Positions 63,900-64,000 of a stretch of DNA of 64,000 nucleotides are shown piece after piece. The translations under genes were made by a program, and so were the position numbers. Source of the DNA: Phoronis australis (lineage: Eukaryota; Animalia; Phoronida); assembly GCA_002633005.1 (NCBI GenBank), contig NMRA01000159.1, positions 124,001-188,000 of the forward strand. The letters run 5' to 3'. The notes under the pieces were generated by a model, which saw only the letters and a program-made list of their open reading frames with translations, was not told the DNA's origin and ran no database searches. Within the stretch, counting starts at the first letter, position 1. Each line of letters begins with the position of its first letter.

Positions 63900-64000
63900 T
63901 TAAAGCGCCATGAGCACTACATGTACATCAAGCATACTATTTTAATTATAAATATTTTCACAAATGATTTTATTTTCATTTTAGGAAACAAGTTCACTGA

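Overview
AT-rich, repeat-dense animal (probably marine invertebrate) genomic DNA with spliceosomal introns; nothing here looks prokaryotic in organisation. Four protein-coding genes can be reconstructed by hand. (A) 20690-24695 (+): 4-exon secreted protein with a signal peptide, a Thr/Pro mucin-like linker and a Cys-rich C-terminal domain. (B, C) 29623-36338 and 43884-48623 (+): two tandem paralogous gluzincin zinc metallopeptidases (HExxH-x25-E, 'GGLHESFGD') that look like a bacterial M4/M36-like family but carry identical intron positions and phases, so they are candidate domesticated horizontal transfers. (D) 57234-61112 (-): a ~1292-aa intronless acidic repeat protein built by nested in-frame duplications. 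The rest is transposon-derived: two Kolobok-like THAP elements with TTAA TSDs, one nested in an L1/Tx1 LINE that splits a (CAT)n microsatellite; two hAT copies with 8-bp TSDs; MITEs with 5-bp TSDs; Penelope-like remnants; and a ~320-bp intronic hairpin carrying two opposed minimal hammerhead ribozyme motifs. All family assignments come from motif recognition by eye, not from database searches.
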